NCBI GenBank assembly: GCA_951406725.2
Contig: OX597817.1
Coordinates: 3,348,001 to 3,412,000, forward strand
DNA: 64,000 bases
DNA from: Octopus vulgaris
Taxonomy: Eukaryota
Direction of reading: 5' to 3'
Every line of letters begins with the position of its first letter. The stretch's first letter is position 1. Shown piece after piece: positions 14,554-28,017 of the stretch. The notes beneath the pieces are model-generated. The model saw nothing but the letters and a program-made list of their open reading frames with translations, was not told where the DNA came from and made no database searches. Both the position numbers and the translations under genes were made by a program.

Positions 14554-14613
14554 TGTAACTGAACGCGGACTGTTGGCGATTTTCCCTTACCTTGAATTCT
14601 TTCTCTTTGGACT

Positions 14614-14657
14614 TTGCTGTCTCCGACGATGAGCTATGTTCGAAACGTTAACAGCAA
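14614..14657 (+). ncRNA. Minimal type I hammerhead ribozyme motif in a Penelope-like short repeat (about 14555-14770)
   Basis: Stem I ttgctgt/acagcaa; core CCGACGA (consensus CUGANGA); stem II gagc-tat-gttc; GAAA; loopless palindromic stem III (aacgtt); GUU cleavage triplet. Confidence 0.65.
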
Positions 14658-14770
14658 CTTTCTCTCATCACCGAGAGACAAATTAATAGATTAATATATT
14701 ACTTGTGGAAGTCCAGACGTTCATTTTTTCTTTTTTTTTTGTCTTTTAATCGTTTGTTTATTTGAATTTA

Positions 14771-14817
<47 letters not shown>

Positions 14818-14991
14818 CACATATGTATATATATGCTAGAATCTGCCTGTTTATAGTGCAACTGTCAAGAACTTTTACTAACTTTTTTATTTTATATATA
14901 TATACTGCTTTCTGCTATTCGCTATTCCTCTTTGTACAAATATAACTGTGACATATTCTTACTTGAAACTTGTCTGACTGTCTTCACCATT

Positions 14992-15026
<35 letters not shown>

Positions 15027-15224
15027 TTCGATCCTGTTTCCAAGAAATCTAATGCCCGTAGCTTAGTTTTTCCTTGGGGATGGCCAGATCGGAGCAATCT
15101 CAAGACTAATCAGCCGAAATTGCGAGGATGATCCGGTTCTTGACTGAAGATTAGAGGCTTCGAATGACCCGTCCGTTTTTTTGTATCGTCTATTTGAATG
15201 TTTTGCGTTCTTGTCCCATTTTGT

Positions 15225-15252
15225 ATTTATATATATATACATATATATATAC

Positions 15253-15314
<62 letters not shown>

Positions 15315-15544
15315 ACATACAAATATATACAAACAGACATCATGTGTATGTGCATACATGCAGGTATGTACGTATTCTATTGTGTACTATATAGCGTTTT
15401 TAAATCATATGAAATGTGTGATATACTAATAAATATATATATATATATACATATATATATACACAAACATATGTATGTGTCTGTATATATATAGGTGTAT
15501 CTTTGTATGTAAATATATATATACATATAGGCATTACATATATG

Positions 15545-15578
<34 letters not shown>

Positions 15579-15667
15579 CATACATATATATATATATATA
15601 CACATATATGTGTGTGTATATATTTATAGGTATATCTTAGTATACAAATATATATATACATATAGGC

Positions 15668-15703
<36 letters not shown>

Positions 15704-16120
15704 TTGTATATTATATGCATTATATATAAAGAAAATTATATATTATTTATAAATATATAGACCTTTATATATATCTATATCTATCTATATATATATATAT
15801 AGAGAGAGAGAGAGACCTATGTATATATAATTTACTTATATAAATGTACGTATATATATATAAATATATGTGTGTGTGTTTGTATATTATATGCATTATA
15901 TATAAAGAAAATTATATCTATATTTTTATATATAGACCTTTATACAACTATATCTATCTATATATATATATATAGACCTATATATATAATGTACTTATGT
16001 TAATGTACGTATATATATATATAGAGAGAGAGAGAGAGAACTTTTATATATCTATATATATATATAGACCTATCTATACACACAGACATATATATATATA
16101 ATTTACATATATAAATGTAC

Positions 16121-16198
<78 letters not shown>

Positions 16199-16347
16199 AT
16201 TTATAAATTACACACACTCATATACACACATATATATATACATATATATGTATGTATGTATCAATGTATTTTGTACAAATGTACTTACAGAAATATATTG
16301 TATAAAATTTACATATATATATACGTATCTATCTATCTATCTATCTA

Positions 16348-16394
<47 letters not shown>

Positions 16395-16499
16395 GTATTT
16401 ATATATTTCATATATATATATATATATGTATGTATGCATCTATATTTATATAATATGAATAATTTACATATATATGTATCCATATATATATATATGAAA

Positions 16500-16554
<55 letters not shown>

Positions 16555-17175
16555 GTAATTTACATATAGACGTATATAATTAATTATATATATGTATGTA
16601 TATACATGATATATACATATTTTATATATACAAAGTATACAAAATATGCATTTCAATATATGTCCAAGTTTTTATTATGTGTGTTTGTATGTGTGTAAAC
16701 GTTTGTGCGTGCATGTGTGAGGGTGTGCGCGCGTGTTTGTTTGTGTGTGTGTGTGTGTGTGTGTAGTCTCACTGTGGAAATCCTACAAAGTATGATACTA
16801 CAAGTTTTGTCTAAACGGTAGGCAGATAACGTGGCACCAATCTCAGTAGTTCTCGCTATTCTTAGAGCAATTATTCCATGATGAAACTCTAAGAAGTATA
16901 AAAACTTCGATTCCACTTTTTCTGTCTCTGACACTTTACCAATAGTGTTGACTTTTCACAGCGGAACTGAAATTTCATTACATAACACTTCACATGCGTG
17001 CATGCAAACATGCATCCAAGGATATATGTATATATATGTATGCATGTGTATGTGTGTGTGTGTATGTAAGTATGTATGTATGTATGTATGTATGTATATA
17101 TGTATGCATGTGAAATTGCATATATTTGTATAACCTATCTATCTATATGTGTGCGTGTGTGCGTGCATGCGCCTG

Positions 17176-17216
<41 letters not shown>

Positions 17217-17423
17217 CGTGTGACTATATATATGTATATTTGTGTGTATGTTTGTGCATATATATATATATATACATGCATGCATAGACATACATATGTA
17301 TATATATATATATGTACTTATAAATACGTATATATAATGCATATATATAAGTATATACATATATATATGTATATATATTTGTGTATGTATATATAAATAT
17401 ATACATATACCTATATATATATC

Positions 17424-17510
<87 letters not shown>

Positions 17511-17590
17511 GCATGTGTGTGTGTTTATACATATGTACATATTTATATTCATATATATGTATATACCCGTGTGTGTGTATGTATATGCCC
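15225..17590. repeat. Compound TA/TG/TATC microsatellite field with local duplications
   Basis: Low complexity; gtgtttgtatattatatgcattatatataaagaaaattatat is duplicated at about 15700 and 15875; short unique island at 16765-16990. Confidence 0.9.
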
Positions 17591-17814
17591 ATTACTATTA
17601 TTTTTGTATCTTTAATTGTATTGTCTACAAAGACATGTTCCTATACAAAACTTTCGATGCATGCTCTAAATTCCCCAGAAAATTTATCAAGAGAAACTTA
17701 AATGTGAAAACATCTCACTGCTAACACAAAATAGGAAACGGCGTCGACTTAATAGCCTTGAATATACCTGGTAGCATATTATATTTGCCAAAAGAAATAT
17801 AGTAAACTTACTAG

Positions 17815-17845
<31 letters not shown>

Positions 17846-17849
17846 TGCT

Positions 17850-18042
17850 GACAGACCTGTTTGCATGCCAGGTCAAAATGCTTTGCCCATTCCGTCCGTC
17901 TATACATTCTGAGTTCAAATTTCGCCTAGGTCGACTTAAGCTGTCTTCCTTTCGGGGTGATAAAATAAATTTCTAGCTAAACATAAGGTCAATATAATCG
18001 ACTTAGCTCCTGTCCCAAAACTGGTGGCCTTGTATCAAAATG
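17850..18042 (+). mobile_element. Nin/Deu-domain tRNA SINE (family C)
   Basis: B-box-like ctgagttcaaat, then gtcgactt...cctttcggggtgataaaataa, resembling the Nin/Deu domain GCCTTTCATCCTTCCGAGGTCGATAAA; tail ggccttgtatcaaaat. Confidence 0.75.
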
Positions 18043-18059
18043 TGTGTGTGTGTGTGTAG

Positions 18060-18093
<34 letters not shown>

Positions 18094-18205
18094 GCTTGTA
18101 TGTACATATACGATGTGCGTGCGTATATATTCTGTAATCGAGTGCACGTTTTATGCATACAAAAATTTAACTCTGCGTGTATGTGCGCGTTGTCATAGTA
18201 TTTTC

Positions 18206-18263
<58 letters not shown>

Positions 18264-18595
18264 TTATATATGTAAACACACACATTATATATATATATAT
18301 GTGTGTGTGTATGTGCGTGTTTATATACATAGATATGCATATATATATATATATATATATATATAAGAAATATTGAATTTCTAAATCTCTCGTAGAGACA
18401 TGTATATATAATACATATATATATATATAAACATATATATGTATGTGTATATATATATACACACATATATATATAATACATACACACACACACACATACA
18501 CACACACACACATTTACACATATATAAAAACTCAAAGGTCTACGGATAATATCGCACTGGTATGGTGCTTCAATTTAAGTACCTAATTCATCGCT

Positions 18596-18672
<77 letters not shown>

Positions 18673-19002
18673 GTCCAGAGATTTCTACATATCAGTATCT
18701 GTGTCTGAATTTGTGTCTGTGTCTGTTGTGTATACACATATATATATACTCTCACTGAGATGTCATCATTTATATGTTGGTTATAGTTTTTGTGCGTAAC
18801 TTTCTTCTTCTCTTTGCGAAGGCAAAAGTTCTAATGCAATAAAAGCATGTTTATTTAAACAATGGTAACGGTGTACGTCTCTCCACACTGTGTGTGTGTA
18901 TGTGTGTCTATGAGTGTGTGTGTGTGTGTGTGTGTGTCTATCTGTATTCGTGTGTGATACCTGTTCATTCATTGCACTTGTACAAATCTGTATATGACCA
19001 TT

Positions 19003-19065
<63 letters not shown>

Positions 19066-20213
19066 ATGCGTGTGTGTGTGCATGTGTGTGTGTGTGCATG
19101 TGTATGTGTGCGCGTTTGTGTGTATGTGTGTGTATATGTGATACCTGTCCATTCCTTGCACTGGTACAAATCTATATATGACCATTATATACATACACAC
19201 ACACATACATACATGCATACATACATACAACTATGTATGTATGACAGTCTTGCAAAGTGCAACGGATGGATACTTATCGAATATATACACACATGCATAC
19301 GTATTTGCTTACATTAACACACACACCTGTATATCTTATTTGTGGCCCCCTTGTATATAAAACTTAACGTGAAATATAGAGTCGTCTCCTCTAGTATCAT
19401 GTGTTTTTTTTTTTTTGTCTTTTTCAGTATCAGTTCCCAACACAATTCAATTCATCAGAAAACCTTCAATTCCGTGCTGTGATTTCTTTTCAAGTAATTA
19501 GTGCTGATGGACAAATAAACAATGGTAAATTATAAATTTCGAACTGAGAAAGGTGGAGTGGTATTGTCCTGTTGTTACTACCCAGCGAGCAGACAACAGA
19601 TCAAAGCATGTTTCAACTATGACCCCTCTGCTTCTGTTTTTTTATGGATCTGTAGTAATACATTATCTAATCTAATCCATCTTTTCTTTACATGAAACAA
19701 CAAAGCGAAGTTTCTGGAAGATTTAACTGAATTTTCTATCTGACCGAGACACCACATAAAACCCCCGTTGAATCCCCAGATTTCATGGACGAGAATACTC
19801 TGTTTTTGTTAAGAATATGCCTTTTAGCGCTCGACCGTCCAGACAAATGATTGAATACTGTGAAACATTCATTTCATTTCATTGATTTCTTGTTTCTGGA
19901 AGATCTGCTGTGCTTCTGAGGCAAAATAAGTTTATAAACTTAAGTATTGGGACATCAGAACTCTTATCCTATTCCTCAGAGATGCAAGGGATATTCCTAC
20001 AATTGTCATGTCACAATCGTTTGCCTTTCATCCTTCTAAGATTTAGGTAAACCACTCTGCCAGAGAATATAGTGCCTCTGCATGGTTACAGTCCGATATG
20101 ACACAAACTTATCACACACACACATCAATTAGTATTTCTCTGTATGTGAGCATGTGTAGGAGTGTGGGCGTGGGTGGGGATGATAGAGTAGATGCAGGTA
20201 TCGACTAGTAGTT

Positions 20214-20497
20214 GTGGAGGCACATGTCCTAGTGGTTAGAGCAGCGGACTCGCGGTCGTGGGATCACGGGTTCGAATCTCAGAGCGAAACACCTAAGCTC
20301 CACGCGGCTCCGGCAGAAGGTAATAGCGAACTTCTGCTGACTCTTTCGCCACAACTTTCTCTCACTCTTTCCTCATGCATCTTGCATCTCACCTGCAACT
20401 GACCGGTGTCCAGTCCAGGTGGGGAACCTATACGCCAAGGAAACCATGAAACCGGCCCTTATGAGCCAGACATGGCTCGAGAAGGAACAAACAACAA
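20214..20497 (+). mobile_element. tRNA-Arg(TCG)-derived SINE, family B (Meta-like domain), with TSD
   Basis: A/B boxes (tgtcctagtggttagagc, ggttcgaatc), anticodon arm gcggacTCGcggtc, (AAC)n tail, 12-bp TSD cgactagtagtt at 20202-20213 and 20498-20509; internal deletion after the B box. Confidence 0.92.
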
Positions 20498-21166
20498 CGA
20501 CTAGTAGTTAACAATTTCGTTTCAAAATCATTTCTTGTTGTAGTAGACAGAAACTACATTGAAACCCTTTGGCTAAACAGTTCCTGTAATTCAAAGTTCC
20601 AGCTTCATCACATTGATTCTGCCAGGTAATTCCGTTCGCGTTACACGTGACTGTGGAATTCCCACATGCAGATTCCATAGGTGAGTAGTTCAGTTGATTG
20701 AGCAACGGATACTCTTAAGTCGTACTCGACGGGGAAACCCATTACACCCCACCCCATACACACATACGCACGCTCACACACTTATTTGCATTCGGCCCTC
20801 ACGAGGGTGCATGTACAAAATTAGACGCAACAGATACTCACTGAAATGAATATGTTTCGCTGAAAAGGTTTAATAATACAGAAACATGCTCATGTTTTCA
20901 CACATCTGAATTAACACCAAATTCTTTGCAATCGGCATTATCTTTAGTGCCTTTGTTGTTCACCCTTTTTGTTGCGTTTAGGTTAAGCACACAGCGAAGG
21001 AATTTTATCTACGGCTTGCTTGATCGAAGTTTATCAACTCACAGGGCTACGCATGTAAGTCCTAACCGTATTCGTATTTAGTATGGTGTATAGTCCCAAA
21101 TGAGGAGTAGAATTACCTAGAAGATTGTCTCCCAATACATACGCGTGCACCACACACACACGCACA

Positions 21167-21360
21167 CAAAGGGGTGCTGAAAAGTTCCTGGCTTTAAGGT
21201 TGTTGCGAAAGGCCTGGCTGGAGGCCCAAACTTCTTTTACGGGTCTTAGAAAAACTGGAAGACCCCTGCAATAAGTTTGTGAGTCTGAGAGGAGAATTAT
21301 AATTAACTCATCCTCCTGTATTTTCTTTTGCCCAAAGCCAGGAATTTTTCACCACTCATG
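21167..21360. mobile_element. Mariner-derived MITE
   Basis: TIRs ggggtgctgaaaagttcctggcttt / aaagccaggaatttttcaccac around about 140 bp of internal sequence shared with 22448-22631. Confidence 0.85.
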
Positions 21361-21373
21361 TGTTTGGGTGTGT

Positions 21374-21414
<41 letters not shown>

Positions 21415-21417
<3 letters not shown>

Positions 21418-21737
21418 GACTCCGCCGGTTACGACGACGAGGGTCCCAGCTGATACGATCAACGGAACAGCCTGCTCGTGAAATTAACGTGCAAATGGCT
21501 GAGCATTCCACAGACACGTGTACCCTTAACGTAGTTCTCGGGGATAATCAGCGTGACACAGAGAGTGACAAGGCTGACCCTTTGAAATACAAGTACAACT
21601 CATTTTTGCCAGCTGAGTGGACTGGAGCAACGTGAAATAAAGTGTCTTGCTTAAGGACACAACGCGTCGCCGGGAATCGAACTCACAACCTTACAATCAT
21701 GAGCCGAATGCCCTAACCACTAAGCCACGCGCCCTCA
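21415..21737 (-). mobile_element. tRNA-derived SINE, family D (CORE-like head), full length
   Basis: Reverse complement: gagggcgcgtggcttagtggttagggc (A box)...gagttcgattccc (B box)...ttgtgtccttaagcaagacacttt. Decayed relatives at about 20635-20735 and 36925-37040. Confidence 0.88.
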
Positions 21738-21789
21738 CATATATATATACATGCATACACACACACACACACACACAACTAATGTCCCA

Positions 21790-21982
21790 GGGCCAACAGT
21801 TTTGGTGTTGGGGTAAGTCAATCAATTACATCATCCCATTTTTCAGTTGCTACTTATTTTATCGTTTCCAAAGGATGAAAGGCAAAGTCGGCCTTGGAGG
21901 AATTTGAACTCAGAACGTAAAGACGGACGAAATGCCGCAAAGTATTTTTGTCCGACGCGCAACCGATTCTGTCCGCTCGCTG
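21790..21982 (-). mobile_element. Nin/Deu-domain SINE (family C)
   Basis: Reverse complement contains ttacgttctgagttcaaattcctccaaggccgactttgcctttcatcctttggaaacgataaaataagt. Confidence 0.85.
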
Positions 21983-22165
21983 TTTTACCTTAAACTAAAG
22001 GCTTTTTCAATACATTTTAAAGGGTTCAAACAATTCTACAAATAGGAGAATAGTTTAATGCATGAGGCGTGCGTGCACACACACACTCACACACACACAG
22101 ACACACACAGACACACACATTTTGGAAGAATATTTATGTATGTGTGAGTGTGTGCATGTAAATAT

Positions 22166-22237
<72 letters not shown>

Positions 22238-22362
22238 ACACAGAGACACACAAACACACAGTTTATTACTTAAGCTTACGTCGATTCCTCCGTGGGGTTC
22301 TTTTGCAATTATAATAAAATAAATATATACAAATTATAAAAATAATAGAACAAAATATACGG

Positions 22363-22446
22363 TACAGCACTATTTCTACTTCGCGGATTTTCACCTATCG
22401 CGGTGTGGTTTAGAAGGTAACACCCGCGATAGTCGAGGAATTCCAT
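22363..22446. mobile_element. pogo/Tigger-like MITE end abutting a mariner MITE
   Basis: Reverse complement ttcctcgactatcgcgggtgttac...accgcgataggtgaaaatccgcgaagtag has the CCTCG..ATCGCGG start and internal palindromes seen in pogo-type TIRs. Confidence 0.55.
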
Positions 22447-22447
22447 A

Positions 22448-22836
<389 letters not shown>

Positions 22837-22930
22837 GAATTTTCTGCTGCTTTAAATAAAGCATATTACTCTACCACTGGTATTTGAGTACTCTTTTTTC
22901 CACCTTGTTTCACATTTATGTGTTTACTCC

Positions 22931-23012
<82 letters not shown>

Positions 23013-23015
23013 CAT

Positions 23016-23089
<74 letters not shown>

Positions 23090-23158
23090 AAAAACACACA
23101 CACACATACATACACAAAAGTTTATAAAAATACACACGTATATACTGAATGTATACTT

Positions 23159-23213
<55 letters not shown>

Positions 23214-23256
23214 TGCATTTTGTATATATTTGTGTATGTATGAATCTATATATCTA

Positions 23257-23685
23257 AAGCTGTGTGGCAAGTGGCTTGCTTCCCAACCACATGGCTCCGG
23301 GTTCAGTCCCACTGCGTGCCACCTTGGGCAAGTGTCTTCTGCTATAGCCTCGGGCCGACCAAAACCTTGTTAATGGATTTGTTAGACAGAGATCGAGACA
23401 AGGTGATAGTGTGTATAAATGTGTGTGTGTGTGTGTGTGTTTGTGTGTGTGTTGTGACCGTGTTTGTCCCCCCCCCCACACCGCTTGACAACAGGTGTTG
23501 GTGTGCTTATGTCCCCGTAAATTAGCAGTTCGGCAAAAGGAACCGATAGAATAAGTAGTTCATTCGCCTACAAAATGGATCTTTTCTAAAAAAATGGACA
23601 GAATTTTCTTGTTAAGATCCTACAAAATTCTCCCAGGCGGTGCTCCAGCATGGTCACAGTCTAATGACTAAAACAAGTAAAAGAT
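23257..23685 (+). mobile_element. SINE family A
   Basis: gctgtgtggcaagtggcttgcttcccaaccacatggctccgggttcagtccc...gtgctccagcatggtcacagtctaatgactaaaacaagtaaaaga. Confidence 0.9.
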
Positions 23686-24851
23686 AATATGTGTGTGTGT
23701 GTGTGTATTTGTGTGGATACGTGTATACTTGCACACACGCACACACACACTCTCTCTCTGTCTCTCACACACACATATGTACGTATTTGTTGCATGCGTG
23801 TGTGTATAATATAAATGTTACAAATATAAACTATAAACTTTTTATTCTTGGTTAAATCATTACAGAATTTAAAAACTAAAACGAACTTTATTAACTTATT
23901 CAGACAATTATTGACAGCTCTTATTACACACCATTAATTATTAATTATTACGAATGATCTAAGATATTTTTATTGTTTTATGTATATTTATGTATATTCA
24001 GATCCCCTCAGATTAGTAGAAAAAGAAACGTCGAAGAGTTACTTCTAAAATGTTGACTATAGATATTATCTTATTTATATTCAGTTTTAACTGGTAAAAT
24101 TTAAATTTCTCTTTAAACTTTTTTCTAATTTTGAATGCATCTCGCTTTTAAAATCGTGTTATTGAGTTAAGAAATGTTGGCATAAGTTCTCAAATTTATT
24201 TCAAACTGTTCGTTGGTAAAACTAAGTTGAAATACCTTAACGAAAAAGGTAATTTCTCTCACTATACTTAGCTGTTTCCTATAGAATTTATTAAGAAAAA
24301 ACAGACATTATATTTCTTTTATATTTTGTGTGGTACTAATTTCACAACACCTATCACTGTAATGTGTACCATAATTTACTTAGTAACATATTAATAGACA
24401 TGATTTTACTAATGCGCTTGAAACTTTTAGCGATATTTCTCAATGTAGTCAAGAGTGAGTTGATTAAAGTTTTCATTATAAAAGTTTAACAATGTGGATG
24501 GACTATGGATGTAAATTAGATCAAGAATCGCTAAAAATGTTAACCTGATATATCAAGATCATTATACAGAAAATCTAGTCTGTTTCCGTTATTCGATTTT
24601 CTCCGTGTGAAAATCATAAACTCGTGATATGAAAGTATATTTCTTGAATAGACATTTTGTGAGCGCAAGGAAAAAAAAAATCATGCACAACTTTTAAAAA
24701 GAATTGATAATTATTTAGTATTGTAATCATTTACCAATTATATGATAATCATGTGACAAATTGTTGATGAATAAATTTATTTATTTTTACTTAATATCGG
24801 TTTCAAATACATGTCATTATGCACAAACATCGGAATTTGCATTTTGTTAAC

Positions 24852-24932
<81 letters not shown>

Positions 24933-26269
24933 ACACACGTCGTATACAGTATATGTAGTGAACATAATGTGTTAATTATTTGGAAAAAGTAACCCAAAAT
25001 AGCAACAAGTTTATTCTTCAGAAATAAATTAAAGAAATAGCAAAGTGAAGTGTTGTAAGCTAGTATATACATAAAAGAAAATATATCAGCGGATATAATA
25101 TTAAACACTATAATAACATTGAATATAGAAGCGTAGAAGAGATTAAACTCAATATATGATTATGACCTTTGGAATCATTTTAGGTACAAAACTTAGAAAC
25201 AAAAAAAAATATCCAGACGAAGAACTGGGTATTGTTCAATCAACTTGTCTTTGGATAAAGAGAAGATAGTTAGTGAAAATACTGTCTGATTTGATATTTA
25301 ACAAATCAAAACCAGGAAAAAGTGGGACAGTTTTTTCAGATTCTGTCAGCGTTAAATTTCTTTTATAATTATTTAAATTGTTCTAAGCAATTCATATTTA
25401 ACCTGACCTCCATTTTTTTAAGCTCTCCCCTCTGACTTTGTACGAGAATTATTACTACTTAAAACATTGAAATGTTAGGTGGATATAAAATGCGCCGTTT
25501 ATTAATTATGTTTCTTTTTTGGTCTTTATTTCTAGAAAATAGTAAAGTTATTTAAATAGCTTTTTCTTTATAGAATCTCACAGTAAGCCGAAACAAATAG
25601 TAATCGGTTTTTATTACGTAAGTGCTATAACTATTGCAAAGACATTTAACTTCTACTCGCTCGCTTAAGCTGCATAAGTAACAACTGTAAGTCACATCAT
25701 AAATTGTCAGACTATCCAAAGAAGCGAAAATGTTTCGATCGTTAGATATATTTTAAGCTATCTCATAAAAGAAAATTGTGATATAATTAAATAAAGTTCT
25801 TTTGTTGGACTGCGATTATTCTGTATCATCGCCTTCAAGAATTTTAATTCCTTACATCTGCTCCATTACGCAGTGCTGTACTTTTCTGTCTACTTCAGAG
25901 TCTAACGAATGGTAAAGTTTACCAAGTATAAAAAGAGGCTGTCGAAACTGATCGTCATATCACAAGGTTGTTAACCGTAGGTCAGTCTTAATTGATCAAA
26001 GGTTCGTGATCAAAGGTTCTCCAGCTTTGCTTATCCCGACCTTTGAGAGATTATGGATTCAAATTATCATATACTTGTCTTTTTAAGTCACTGGATTGTG
26101 CTTAGATATTTAGCTGCTATTTCTAGCTGGTTGAGAAATCACCTACAAGCTCTCTGGTTGATTCGGTACAATATTGCGATGCACCGATTTCACGCCGATA
26201 TGCAAACACACACACACACACACATACGTACGTACATATCAACACAAGGAATATTGGTGAATCATTGAA

Positions 26270-26715
26270 CTTTTTCGAATGCAAATTTAAATAGCCAGAT
26301 ATTGTCATTTAGAACAGACAATAAAAGGTATGAACCGGCATAGAGCTCAGCCGCCCTGTTGCTGTGAATATTACTTCGAAAATCAAAGAGAAAGAGGATA
26401 AGTACGGACAACTGCTTCGAAACCTTCAGCTTCTATATTCAGATTGTGAATTCACATTTACATCAATAACAATTGGTGCATTTGTTTTTCCGAGTAAATG
26501 CCTGAATAAGAATCTGGATAACCTTGGGTTTTCAGAAAAAGAAATCAATCAACCATTTCATAGATTACAAAAAACAGTCTGTAGGTGGATCGATAAAAAT
26601 ACGAGAATTTTATAAGTTTAAAATGTTCAAGTTCTTAATTTTAAAATTTGCTTTTGTCATCTATATATTAATGACGGAATTTTGTACCTTTGTTAGAAAC
26701 CAACTCTTTCCTCCG
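26270..26715 (+). mobile_element. RLE-type non-LTR retrotransposon (R4/Dong-like) 3' fragment: restriction-like endonuclease domain and 3' UTR
   Basis: PDIVI...GIELSRPVAVNITSKIKEKEDKYGQLLRNLQLLY...ITIGA fits the PD-(D/E)...K..KY RLE motif; homologous to 30885-32460 and 33666-34260. Confidence 0.8.
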
Positions 26716-27051
26716 AGGAAACCATTGGTAAGGAGTTCTTAAATCCAGTTCCCAAGATACACTCCCAATTTCATATCTATTATTATTAGACCAACAGGAT
26801 ACATACCAACCCGCCTGGAGCAAAGTGTGGTTGAACTTGGTTTCTTGGGGAGAGAACACAAATCCTTAATTCATATGCTACAAATGATCACGATATCTAA
26901 GACTATAGAAATCTACCAGGGCCTTAAGATTTAAAGGCTGATGAACAAAACAAGATGCTTTCCTCCACAACTTTGCTACTAAGCAGGTGGGCGGTCAAGA
27001 TTTATTCTAGATTAAAAAGATAAACAGAAAGAGGACATGCATACATGCAAG

Positions 27052-27750
27052 TATGCATGCAGACATACATACATACATACATACATACATACATACATAC
27101 ATACATACATGCATACATACATACGTACATACATACATACATACATACATACATACATACATACATACATACATACATACATACATACATGATGATGGTT
27201 GCCCCCCTCGTTATCGAGTATGGCCATTGTACGAAGCTTAACTGTTATTGGTGCTGTGATCGAATGTGATTTTTTAGCCCAGCTAAAGATCTACAATGTC
27301 TTGTACAGAGTTGGCAACTAAAACCTTTACTGGTAATAGCCGGCTGTAGTATGCATGCAGACATACATACATACATACATACATACATACATACATACAT
27401 ACATACATACATACATACGTACGTACATACATACATACATACATACATACATACATACATACATACATACATACATACATACATACATACATACATGATG
27501 ATGGTTGCCCCCCTCGTTATCGAGTATGGCCATTGCACGAAGCTTAACTGTTATTGGTGCTGTGATCGAACGTGACTTTTTAGCCCAGCTAAAGATCTAC
27601 AATGTCTTGTACAAAATTGGCAACTAAAACCTTTACTGGTAATAGCCGGCTGTAGTTGTAACTGGGCTTCATGTACCTTTGCATGTCGTTTAAGTCCTCC
27701 TGCCGAATTACACTCTCATAAGAAGGCCCTTCTCATCTGGAAGTGTAACA
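27052..27750 (-). mobile_element. RTE-like LINE 3' end with C2H2 finger, tandemly duplicated together with a (TACA)n tract
   Basis: Minus strand GFSCQLCTRHCRSLAGLKNHIRSQHQ* followed by a short UTR and (CAT)n tail; units at about 27052-27350 and 27351-27656 are nearly identical. Confidence 0.75.
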
Positions 27751-27986
27751 TACATACATACATATGTCTGTCTTGTTGCTGCCAACCTATGAGGCATAAT
27801 GTGTTTAAGTAGAATGATATGGAATGCATTGCAGAAGATTGAAGATCAAATCAAGTAGAGAGGAGTATGTTGAGAGTGATGGCTCGAAGAGATGCTGGTG
27901 GAAGCTAGAAATGAAAACTGCCACCGAATTAAAACAACCGGGAAGGTGACCGTTCAAAAATGAACTAGAAATTAAGAGAAAGCGAC

Positions 27987-28017
<31 letters not shown>

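Noticed and set aside
15030-15222. Hammerhead in a TA-embedded repeat (ctgaaga...cgaat)
   Set aside because: GAAA box and stems incomplete; probably an interspersed repeat, but not classifiable from the sequence.
20214-20285. tRNA-Arg(TCG) gene (also at 41.8, 42.3 and 58.0 kb)
   Set aside because: No proper acceptor stem; continues into a SINE body with tail and TSD.
27052-27656. Repeat-spacer appearance suggesting a CRISPR-like array
   Set aside because: Two copies of one LINE tail plus microsatellite; the 'spacers' are identical, the context is eukaryotic and there are no cas genes.
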